Assembly: GCA_964627205.1 (NCBI GenBank) | Contig: CAZVHI010000040.1 | Span: 1 to 31,997 of the forward strand | DNA length: 31,997 nucleotides | Reading direction: 5' to 3' | Source: an uncultured bacterium | GTDB taxonomy: Bacteria; Krumholzibacteriota; Krumholzibacteriia; JACNKJ01 | Shown here: one piece after another, positions 24,983 to 31,997 of the stretch | Numbering within the stretch: position 1 is the stretch's first letter | Layout of the letters: each line of letters begins with the position of its first letter | Notes under the pieces: model-generated | What the model saw: the letters and a program-made list of their open reading frames with translations, nothing else | Database searches by the model: none | Told to the model about the DNA's origin: nothing | Position numbers and translations under genes: made by a program

Positions 24983-26203
24983 CTAGCCCACCTCGGCGGG
25001 ATCCACGTTCTTCTGGGTCTCGGTCGGGAGGAATCGCGTCAGGTGCTCGAGCTCGCGGGCCTCCTTGAGCACCCAGCGGGCGATCACCATGCGCTGCACC
25101 TGGTTGGTGCCCTCGTAGATCTGTGTGATCTTGGCGTCGCGCATGTACTTCTCGACGGGGTAATCGCGCATGAAGCCGTAGCCGCCGAAGATCTGCACGG
25201 CGTCGGTGGTCACCTTCATCGCCGTGTCGGTGGCGATGAGCTTGGCCTCGGCCGCGAGCTTGCTGACGTTCGGCGCCCCGTCGTCGATGTTCTTCGCCGC
25301 CGCGTAGACCAGATAGCGTGCCGCGCTCACCTGGGCGCTCATGTCGGCGAGCATGCCCTGGATCATCTGGAAGGAGCCGATCGACTGGCCGAACTGCCGG
25401 CGCTTATTCGCGTAGACCGACGCGTACTCCAGGGCGCCCTGGGCGAGCCCCACCCCCTGGGCCGCCACGCCCGGCCGGGCGCGGTCCAGCGTCATCATCG
25501 CCTGCTTGAAGCCCTGGCCGGTCTTGCCCCCGAGCAAGCGCTCCTCGGGGATCTCGCAGCCCTCGAAGTCCAGCTCGACCACGGGCACGGCGCGGATGCC
25601 CATCTTGTCCTCGATCTTGGCGATGCTGAAGCCGGGGTCGCCCTTCTCCACGATGAACGCGCTGACGCGGCTGCGCTGGCTCTCGGGGTTGGTGACGGCG
25701 AAGACCGTGTAGAGATCGGCGATGCCGCCGTTGGTGGTCCATTTCTTCTCGCCGGTCAGGGTCCAGCCCTTCGCGCTCTTCTCGGCCCGGGCGCGCAGGG
25801 ACGCCGCATCGCTGCCCGCGAACTTCTCGCTCAGCCCGAAGGCGATGAGCTTCTCGCCCGCCGCGATCTGGGGGAGGTACTGCTTCTTTTGTTCCTCGGT
25901 CCCCGAGAGGAGGATGGGAAAGCTGCCCAGCGCGTTCACCGCGTAGGCCACGCCCACTCCGCCGCAGGCCCGGCTCAGCTCCTCCACGCAGAGGCAGAGG
26001 TTGAGCACGCCCGCGCCCGCGCCGCCGTACTCCTCGGGGATCCAGACGCCCAGCAGGCCGGCCTCGGCCATGGCGTCCTTGACCTCCCAGGGGTACTCCT
26101 GCAGCTCGTCGTACTTCTTGGCCAGGGGCCGCACGACCTCCTCGGCGATCTCGCGGGCCTTCGCCTTCCAGCGCAGATTCTCCTCGTTCAGAAAGGGCAG
26201 CAT
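24983..26203 (-). CDS. Acyl-CoA dehydrogenase (406 aa).
   Basis: ATG 26203 with AAGGGAG upstream. ACAD features: N-terminal helical domain, middle beta domain with (F/A)GLSEKFAGSDAASL-type signature, C-terminal QIFGGYGFMRDYPVEKYMRDAKITQIYEGTNQVQR (catalytic-base YEGTNQ motif). Confidence 0.85.
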   Translation of the reverse strand: MLPFLNEENLRWKAKAREIAEEVVRPLAKKYDELQEYPWEVKDAMAEAGLLGVWIPEEYGGAGAGVLNLCLCVEELSRACGGVGVAYAVNALGSFPILLSGTEEQKKQYLPQIAAGEKLIAFGLSEKFAGSDAASLRARAEKSAKGWTLTGEKKWTTNGGIADLYTVFAVTNPESQRSRVSAFIVEKGDPGFSIAKIEDKMGIRAVPVVELDFEGCEIPEERLLGGKTGQGFKQAMMTLDRARPGVAAQGVGLAQGALEYASVYANKRRQFGQSIGSFQMIQGMLADMSAQVSAARYLVYAAAKNIDDGAPNVSKLAAEAKLIATDTAMKVTTDAVQIFGGYGFMRDYPVEKYMRDAKITQIYEGTNQVQRMVIARWVLKEARELEHLTRFLPTETQKNVDPAEVG

Positions 26204-26309
26204 GAGCTCACTCCCTTGGAATGCGTGACTTACGGCATGGTGGGGTCTCGGCCCGCGCAGTATAGCATTCCGGGCGGCGAGGTAAAGGGGGGGCGGCGAA
26301 AAGCTTCCG

Positions 26310-26339
26310 TTCAAAGATCAGAGGCGGATGCGCTATAAT
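26310..26339 (+). promoter_or_regulatory. Candidate sigma70 promoter TTCAAA-N18-TATAAT upstream of the C25 peptidase gene.
   Basis: Perfect -10 TATAAT at 26334-26339 with a 4/6 -35, ~78 nt before the ATG at 26417, which has GGAGG 6 nt upstream. Confidence 0.45.
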
Positions 26340-26416
26340 TGTGGGGCTGCGGAAGAGGCACCGGATCCCACCCTCGGCGATCCATCCCCATGTCTATCCC
26401 ATTCTCGGAGGAAACC

Positions 26417-29400
26417 ATGCGCCGGTTACCCGCGCTCCTGATCCCGATGATTCTCCTTCTCTCCTTCGACGCGGCGGCTGTCGTCCAGCCGCAGAAGCTG
26501 CTCCTCGATCCCGACGCCGCCTCCGAAGCGGTAGCCTGCCGGATCGCGAGCGAGGTGGGAGAGCCGCTGCGACTGGAGTTCACGCTTCCCGCCCTGGATC
26601 TCGAGGAGATCGCGGTCGCGGGGGAGGTGTACCAGGCCCTCAGCATCTCCGGTGGGGGGATGAGGGGAGAGACCGGCCAGGCAGGGCTGCCCAGCTACTC
26701 CCGTCTGCTCGCCGTGCCCGCGGGCTCGGTCGCCCGGGCGACGGTCATCAGCAGGGCCGACCAGGCGCTGCCCGGTTATAGAGTCCTGCCGGTCCAGCCT
26801 GACGGCGCCGAGGACTTCGTCATCGATCGGGACTGGTACGCCGCGGGGGTGGCGGCCGCGCCGCCCGCCGTGGAGCTGGGCGATGTGGCCTACATCCGCG
26901 ACCAGGCCGTGCTGCCGCTGACGATCAACCCGGTTTCCTGGGACCCCGCCACCGGCGAATTGCGCGTGGCGACGCAGCTCGAGATCGAAGTGGAGCTCGT
27001 GGGCGCCTCTGCCTTGACGGACGACAGCGCCCGTCGCTTCATCCCCGAGTCCTTCGACCGCCTCTTCTCGGACGTCCTGTTGGGCTACCAGCGTGGGGAC
27101 GCGGAGGTGGGGCCCGGCACCTATCTCATGATCTGCCCCAACAACTCGGGCGTGACCAGCCGTCTCTCGAATCTGCTCGACTGGCGCCGCCGCCAGGGCT
27201 ACAACGTGATCCTGGCCACTACTGCCCAGACCGGCACCACGACCGGCTCGATCTTGAACTACATCCAGAGCACCTACAACACGGTCGACCCGCCGCTGGA
27301 GCACGTCGTGCTGGCGGGCGACGCCAACGGCTCCTACAGCATCCCCTGCTGGTACGAGAATCTCTCCTGGTACGACGGCGAGGGCGACCACTACTACACG
27401 AACCTCGAGGGCGGCGATGTCCTGTCCGACGTGCACATCGGCCGCCTCTCCTTCCGCGACTACGGCACGCTCGAGGACATCGTCGACAAGATCGTCACCT
27501 ACGAGAGCGATCCGCCCATGGGCGACGCGGGTTGGTTCACACGCGCGGGCCTGGCGGGAGACCAGTACACCCAGTCGGGCATCACCACGGTCTACGTGAA
27601 CCAGTGGGTCAAGCAGCACCTGCTTGCGCACAACTACACGCAGGTGGACACGATGTGGGCCCCGAACGCCACCCAGATGAGGAACTCCATCAACCAGGGG
27701 CTCTCGGTCTTCGGCTACCGCGGCTACCTGAACATGAGCGGCATGTCCACCGGTTACATCACCGGGCTCACCAATGGCTACAAGCTGCCTTATGCCATCA
27801 TCGTGACCTGCGACACGGGCTCCTTCTCCGAGCAGCAGACCTGTCGCTCCGAGGCCTTCCTGCGCGCCGCGAACGGCGGCGGCATCGGCTCGGTGGGCAC
27901 CGCCACCTGGGGCACGCACACGCGCTACAACAACTGCTACTACCAGGGCTCCTGGGATGGGGTGATCAACGGCTCGGACCACCGTCTGGGTCCCTCACAC
28001 ACGCGCGGGAAGCTGGAACTCTACAACAACTACCAGCTTTCCCAGCCGAACACCGTCGAGATCTGGTGCGTGTGGAACAATCTCATGGGCGATCCCGCCA
28101 CGCCCATGTGGATGGCCTATCCCGCCGACCTGGACGTCACCCACCCGGCCGAGCTGGCGGTGGGCGCCAACTCCGTGGCGCTGAACGTGAGCTCGAGCGG
28201 CCTCCCGGTGGAGGGCGCGGGAGTCGCGCTCTACAAGGACGGCGAGCTCCGCGTCACCGGCTACACGGACGCCGCCGGCGCGGCGAACCTGCCCATCGCG
28301 GGCTACGGCGCGGGCGAGCTGCTGGTAACCGTCACCAAGCACAACTTCATGCCCTACCTGGGCAGCCTCGACCTGGGCAGCCTGCCGGTCTTCGCGGCCT
28401 ACGAGGCCTCGATCGTCGATGACGACGGCTCGGGCGGCAGCCTCGGCAACGGCAACGGCGTGGTCAACCCGGGCGAGACGATCGAGCTGCCGGTGGCGCT
28501 GCACAACTACGGCAGCGGCACGGCGACCGACGTCAGCGCCACGATCACCAGCAGCGATCCCTTCGTGTCAATCATCGACGATGTGGAGAGCTACCCGGAC
28601 ATCCCGGCGGGGGCTACGGTCTGGAGCGCCGAGGATTTCGATTTCGCGGTGGCGGCCGGCACGCCGGACGGACATGTGATCGCCCTCGATCTCGAGGTCA
28701 CTAGCGGCTTCCAGTCCTGGACCTCGCTGATCGAGCTGACCGTTGTCAGCGCGGCCTTCGAGCAGGAGGACTTCTCCTGGGGCGGCTCGGGCAGCATGCT
28801 CGATCCGGGCGAGTCGGGCAGCTTCAGCGTGCTGATCCGCAACGTGGGGACGAGCAGCAGCGGGGGCGCGCTGGCCGTGCTTCAGACGGACAGCCCCTGG
28901 GTCGACGTGACCGATCCCTTCGGGACCTACGCGCTCATCGCCCCCGGCTCGACGGGCGAGAACCTCGACGATACGTTTGCGCTCGACATTGCGTCCGACT
29001 GCTTCGAAGGCCACCAGGCAGCCTTCCAGCTCACGCTGATCTACGGTGACGGCGCGCAGGCCACGGCGGAGTTCAGCCTGCCGGTGGGTTCGACCTCTAC
29101 GGGCGACCCGATCGGCCCGGACGGCTACGGCTACTATGCCTTCGACAACTCCGACTCTGCCTATCCCCAGGCACCGGTCTACGACTGGGTGGAGATCGCG
29201 CCGAACCACGGCGGTTCGGGCACGAGCGTGGGTCTCACGGACAATGGCTGGGAGCAGGACGACACGAACATCCTGCCGCTGCCTTTCACCTTCCGCTACT
29301 ACGGCCAGGACTACAACGAGATCTCCATCTGCTCCAACGGCTGGGCCGCATTGGGCGCCTCGGGTCTGGTGCACTACCGCAACTGGAGCATCCCTAGCTC

Positions 29401-30454
29401 GGGCAGCCCGAACGCGATGATCGCCCCCTTCTGGGACAACCTCTACCAGTCGGGCAACGACAAGGTCTACTACTGGCACGACACAGCGAACCACCGCTAC
29501 GTCGTGCAGTGGAGCCGGCTGCGAAACCAGCACAATGGGTCGACCGAGAACTTCGAGATGATCCTCTACGACCCCGTCTACCATCCGACGGCCACCGGCG
29601 ACGGCGAGATCGTCTTCCAGTACAGCACGATCTACAACGTCGACAGCACCAACGGCTACGGCACGGTGGGCATCCAGAACCAGGACCGCTCGGACGGGCT
29701 GCTCTACACCTACTGGAACCAGTACCCGGCTGGCGCCGCCAGCCTCTCGAGCGGCCGCGCGATCCGCGTCCTCACAGTGACGTCACAGCTCGAGCCCACC
29801 TGCGACGCCTCCCCCGAGGAGTTCGTCCGCGTCATGGCGCCGAACGAGACGACGACCGGTTGGCTACAGCTGAGCAACGGCGGCGACCCCGGCTCGATCC
29901 TCTCCTACCAGGTCGGCGCCGGGGAGCTGCCCAGTGGAGGCCCGGGCGGCGGCCCGCTGGCCGGCCGCGGTGTCGATTGGCTGCAGATTCAGGACGGCGC
30001 GGGCGACGTGCCCCAGGGCGGTACGGACGACGTTCAGATCACCTTCGACTCGTCCGGGCTGGAGGAGGGGACCTACGAGGCACTGCTGCTCGTGGCGAGC
30101 AACGCCGCAGAACCAGTGTTCGTGCCGGTCACCCTGATCGTGGACGGCACCGGCACGGGCGCGGAGCAGGCGCCGACCGTCTTCGCGCTAGGGCAGAACC
30201 ACCCCAATCCCTTCAACCCGCGGACGGAGATCCGCTTCGCCCTGCCCGCGGATGGCGAGGCGCGGCTGGCGATCTACGACCTGTCCGGCCGGCGCGTGCG
30301 CACGCTGGTCGAGGGTTCTCTCCCTGCTGGCACTCATCATGTGGTCTGGGACGGCACGGACGATGCCGGCCAGGCCCTGGCCTCGGGCGTCTACTTCTAT
30401 CGCCTCGAGACCGCCGCGCAGACTCTGAGTCGTAAGATGCTGTTGTTAAAGTGA
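26417..30454 (+). CDS. Large secreted C25-family (gingipain-like) cysteine peptidase (~1345 aa) with multiple Ig-like/beta-sandwich domains and a T9SS type-A C-terminal sorting domain.
   Basis: Signal peptide MRRLPALLIPMILLLSFDAAA. The C25-like core LAGDANGS...YRGYLNMSG...KLPYAIIVTCDTGSFSE resembles the gingipain catalytic-Cys region. The C-terminus NHPNPFNPRTEIRFALP...YDLSGRRVRTL...GVYFYRL...KMLLLK is the Por_Secre_tail/T9SS CTD signature. Confidence 0.7.
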   Translation: MRRLPALLIPMILLLSFDAAAVVQPQKLLLDPDAASEAVACRIASEVGEPLRLEFTLPALDLEEIAVAGEVYQALSISGGGMRGETGQAGLPSYSRLLAVPAGSVARATVISRADQALPGYRVLPVQPDGAEDFVIDRDWYAAGVAAAPPAVELGDVAYIRDQAVLPLTINPVSWDPATGELRVATQLEIEVELVGASALTDDSARRFIPESFDRLFSDVLLGYQRGDAEVGPGTYLMICPNNSGVTSRLSNLLDWRRRQGYNVILATTAQTGTTTGSILNYIQSTYNTVDPPLEHVVLAGDANGSYSIPCWYENLSWYDGEGDHYYTNLEGGDVLSDVHIGRLSFRDYGTLEDIVDKIVTYESDPPMGDAGWFTRAGLAGDQYTQSGITTVYVNQWVKQHLLAHNYTQVDTMWAPNATQMRNSINQGLSVFGYRGYLNMSGMSTGYITGLTNGYKLPYAIIVTCDTGSFSEQQTCRSEAFLRAANGGGIGSVGTATWGTHTRYNNCYYQGSWDGVINGSDHRLGPSHTRGKLELYNNYQLSQPNTVEIWCVWNNLMGDPATPMWMAYPADLDVTHPAELAVGANSVALNVSSSGLPVEGAGVALYKDGELRVTGYTDAAGAANLPIAGYGAGELLVTVTKHNFMPYLGSLDLGSLPVFAAYEASIVDDDGSGGSLGNGNGVVNPGETIELPVALHNYGSGTATDVSATITSSDPFVSIIDDVESYPDIPAGATVWSAEDFDFAVAAGTPDGHVIALDLEVTSGFQSWTSLIELTVVSAAFEQEDFSWGGSGSMLDPGESGSFSVLIRNVGTSSSGGALAVLQTDSPWVDVTDPFGTYALIAPGSTGENLDDTFALDIASDCFEGHQAAFQLTLIYGDGAQATAEFSLPVGSTSTGDPIGPDGYGYYAFDNSDSAYPQAPVYDWVEIAPNHGGSGTSVGLTDNGWEQDDTNILPLPFTFRYYGQDYNEISICSNGWAALGASGLVHYRNWSIPSSGSPNAMIAPFWDNLYQSGNDKVYYWHDTANHRYVVQWSRLRNQHNGSTENFEMILYDPVYHPTATGDGEIVFQYSTIYNVDSTNGYGTVGIQNQDRSDGLLYTYWNQYPAGAASLSSGRAIRVLTVTSQLEPTCDASPEEFVRVMAPNETTTGWLQLSNGGDPGSILSYQVGAGELPSGGPGGGPLAGRGVDWLQIQDGAGDVPQGGTDDVQITFDSSGLEEGTYEALLLVASNAAEPVFVPVTLIVDGTGTGAEQAPTVFALGQNHPNPFNPRTEIRFALPADGEARLAIYDLSGRRVRTLVEGSLPAGTHHVVWDGTDDAGQALASGVYFYRLETAAQTLSRKMLLLK

Positions 30455-30457
30455 GCT

Positions 30458-30540
30458 TGCTCGGAGAGGACACGTACCCTTTCGCCGTAGCGACTGTGAA
30501 GCTGGAGCCAAGGCGAAAGGGTACGTGTCCTCTCCGAGCA
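30458..30540. repeat. Hairpin element B: perfect 29-bp inverted repeat with a 25-nt loop GTAGCGACTGTGAAGCTGGAGCCAA. It starts 4 nt after the peptidase stop codon.
   Basis: 30458-30486 (TGCTCGGAGAGGACACGTACCCTTTCGCC) is the exact reverse complement of 30512-30540. The loop differs from element A at only 2 of 25 positions, and the CGCC/GGCG closing pairs are shared. Confidence 0.9.
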
Positions 30541-30649
30541 CCCCCGTAGCTAACCCAGCTACCGAACAAACCACGGGGGTGCAGGGCCTCTCTGCTCGAG
30601 CCAGGATTATCGCTTGCAGCCACGGCGGACTTCGGGGCACAGTGCGCGC

Positions 30650-31804
30650 ATGTCCACGCTCATCATCGGCGACATCCACGGCTGCTACGACGAGCTGCAG
30701 GCCCTGCTGGACCTCGTTGGCCCCGACGAGGATGACGATATCCTCGCCGTCGGCGACCTCGTCGACCGGGGTCCGGACAGCCTGCGCGTGCTCGAGTTCT
30801 TCCGTGACCATCCCCGTGCGAGTTCCCTGCTCGGCAACCACGAGGACCGTCACGTGCGCGCTTTCTACGGCGAGGGCAGCCTTGGCTTCTCCCACCAGAT
30901 CGCGTGCGCCCAGATGGGCAAGAAGGCCTACCGCGACGCCTGCGCCTACATGGGCACTCTTCCCATCCACCGCGAGATCGACGACGCGCTGGTCGTGCAC
31001 GCGTTCTGGGAGCCGGGCCTCCCGCTGAAGAAGCAGAAGGGCATGGTCCTGGTCGGCAACGCGGAGGGCCTACTCTACCTCTGGGAGAAGTACGAGCGGC
31101 CCTGGTACACGCTCTACGATCGCGAAGGGCCGATCGTAGTGGGGCATCTCGACTACCTGCAGCGCGGCGAACCCTTTGTCTACGAGGATCGCGTCTTCTG
31201 TCTCGACACCGGCTGCGCGAAGGGCGGCGCCCTGACCGGCCTGCTCCTGCCGGAGTACCGGCTCCATACGGTCGAGACGCCGCGAAACCACTGGCGCGAG
31301 CTCAAGTCCTCCTACGGGGACCTTCGTCCCGAGGTGAACGTCGCGGACACGAACGTGAGCTGGTCGAAACTCGGCGAGCTGCTCGAGATGATGTCGGAAC
31401 AGAAGGAGATGACCCCCGGTCTCGAGAGGCGCCGAAAGAACCTGCGGGAGTTCAGTCTCCAGGGTGAGGACGCGCTCGACCGTCTCCTGACTGCGTTGCT
31501 CGCCAGGAACGCGGAGATCCTCCGCAAGCTGAAGACGAAGAAGGACTACGACGAGCTCCCGCCCGACAAGCAGCGCAAGCTCTACGCCGCCCGGGCGGGG
31601 GACTCGCCCCTGAGCCCGTTGCTCGAGCGGGCCCGCGAGGGGCGCCTGACGCGCAAGGCCCTGCGCAAGCACTTCAAGAAGCCCCGCGACCTGATCACCT
31701 TCTGCCAGACCGCCGACCTCCTGGGCGACGAACTGCTCGCGCTGAATGAAGGCAGTAACGGCGGGAAGAACAACAGCAAGAAGAACGGTAAGAACGGCGG
31801 CTAG
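30650..31804 (+). CDS. PPP-family metallophosphoesterase (Ser/Thr phosphatase, ApaH/PrpE-like), 384 aa, with a ~150-aa C-terminal extension ending in a K/N/G-rich tail.
   Basis: IIGDIHGC (GDxHG), VGDLVDRG (GDxVDRG) and GNHE motifs in canonical order. ATG at 30650 with a weak SD. The TTG at 30614 used by the track has none. The C-terminal 150 aa is charged and helical, ending NGGKNNSKKNGKNGG. Confidence 0.7.
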   Translation: MSTLIIGDIHGCYDELQALLDLVGPDEDDDILAVGDLVDRGPDSLRVLEFFRDHPRASSLLGNHEDRHVRAFYGEGSLGFSHQIACAQMGKKAYRDACAYMGTLPIHREIDDALVVHAFWEPGLPLKKQKGMVLVGNAEGLLYLWEKYERPWYTLYDREGPIVVGHLDYLQRGEPFVYEDRVFCLDTGCAKGGALTGLLLPEYRLHTVETPRNHWRELKSSYGDLRPEVNVADTNVSWSKLGELLEMMSEQKEMTPGLERRRKNLREFSLQGEDALDRLLTALLARNAEILRKLKTKKDYDELPPDKQRKLYAARAGDSPLSPLLERAREGRLTRKALRKHFKKPRDLITFCQTADLLGDELLALNEGSNGGKNNSKKNGKNGG

Positions 31805-31997
31805 GCCCCGGGCCGCCGACCTCATCGAGAAGGGTATGGTGGGGACGATCGGCGTCATGACCGTGACCTACGACTTCGAGCAGCACATGGACGGCGCGCA
31901 GCTCAGCCGGAGCGCTGCCATGCTGATCAGATTGCTCGTCATCGTTGTTCGTTGCCAGCTCTATCCGGACTCCATGGCCCCATAGCTAACAGACACT

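Noticed and set aside
31836-31985. Small ORF (49 aa, MVGTIGVMTVTYDFEQHMDG...) after the phosphatase gene.
   Set aside because: The SD-like GAGAAGGG is only 2 nt from the ATG, and there is no recognisable motif. Could be real but unsupported.
1-31997. Scan for CRISPR arrays, tRNA/rRNA genes, IS elements, integrases and large direct repeats.
   Set aside because: No spaced direct-repeat arrays, no tRNA-like cloverleaf candidates in intergenic regions (all are GC-rich and short), and no transposase or integrase motifs among the ORFs. The only repeated non-coding element is the hairpin pair reported in the findings.

Overview
This is a high-GC (~68-70%) bacterial chromosomal window with dense coding and no rRNA, tRNA, CRISPR or recognisable IS/transposase genes. 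The six-frame track is dominated by long spurious antisense or overlapping ORFs, which is typical of high-GC DNA. I resolved about 25 real genes using Shine-Dalgarno motifs, signal peptides and recognisable domain signatures.

Notable content, in order along the window:
- A minus-strand secretory/envelope cluster: a TolB-like beta-propeller, a secreted protein with ~13 tandem G-[ND]-D-x-Y repeats, a GT2 glycosyltransferase and a secreted di-CxxCH protein.
- A module of hypothetical protein, CHAT(caspase)-like protein, and a zinc-ribbon Hanks-type Ser/Thr kinase fused to a large polytopic membrane domain.
- A cDPGS-family P-loop GTPase, an RNase Z-like MBL hydrolase, a single-domain PilZ protein and a DsrE-like protein.
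- An operon of a Big_5 Ig-like lipoprotein, a 5'-3' exonuclease, a patatin-like phospholipase and a hypothetical protein.
- A GntR(YtrA-like) regulator translationally coupled to an SPFH/band-7 protein.
- An acyl-CoA dehydrogenase.
- A ~1345-aa C25 (gingipain-family) peptidase carrying a T9SS C-terminal sorting domain, which suggests an FCB-group or candidate-phylum organism.
- A PPP-family phosphatase with a long C-terminal extension.

The most unusual observation is non-coding. Two long perfect hairpins (26- and 29-bp stems) each sit immediately 3' of a CDS. They share a near-identical 25-nt loop plus CGCC/GGCG closing pairs, while their outer stems are unrelated in sequence. This conserved-apex, covarying-stem pattern is not explained by ordinary terminators.

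Several clean intrinsic terminators and sigma70-like promoters are also visible. All functional calls come from motif recognition by eye. No database searches were run.
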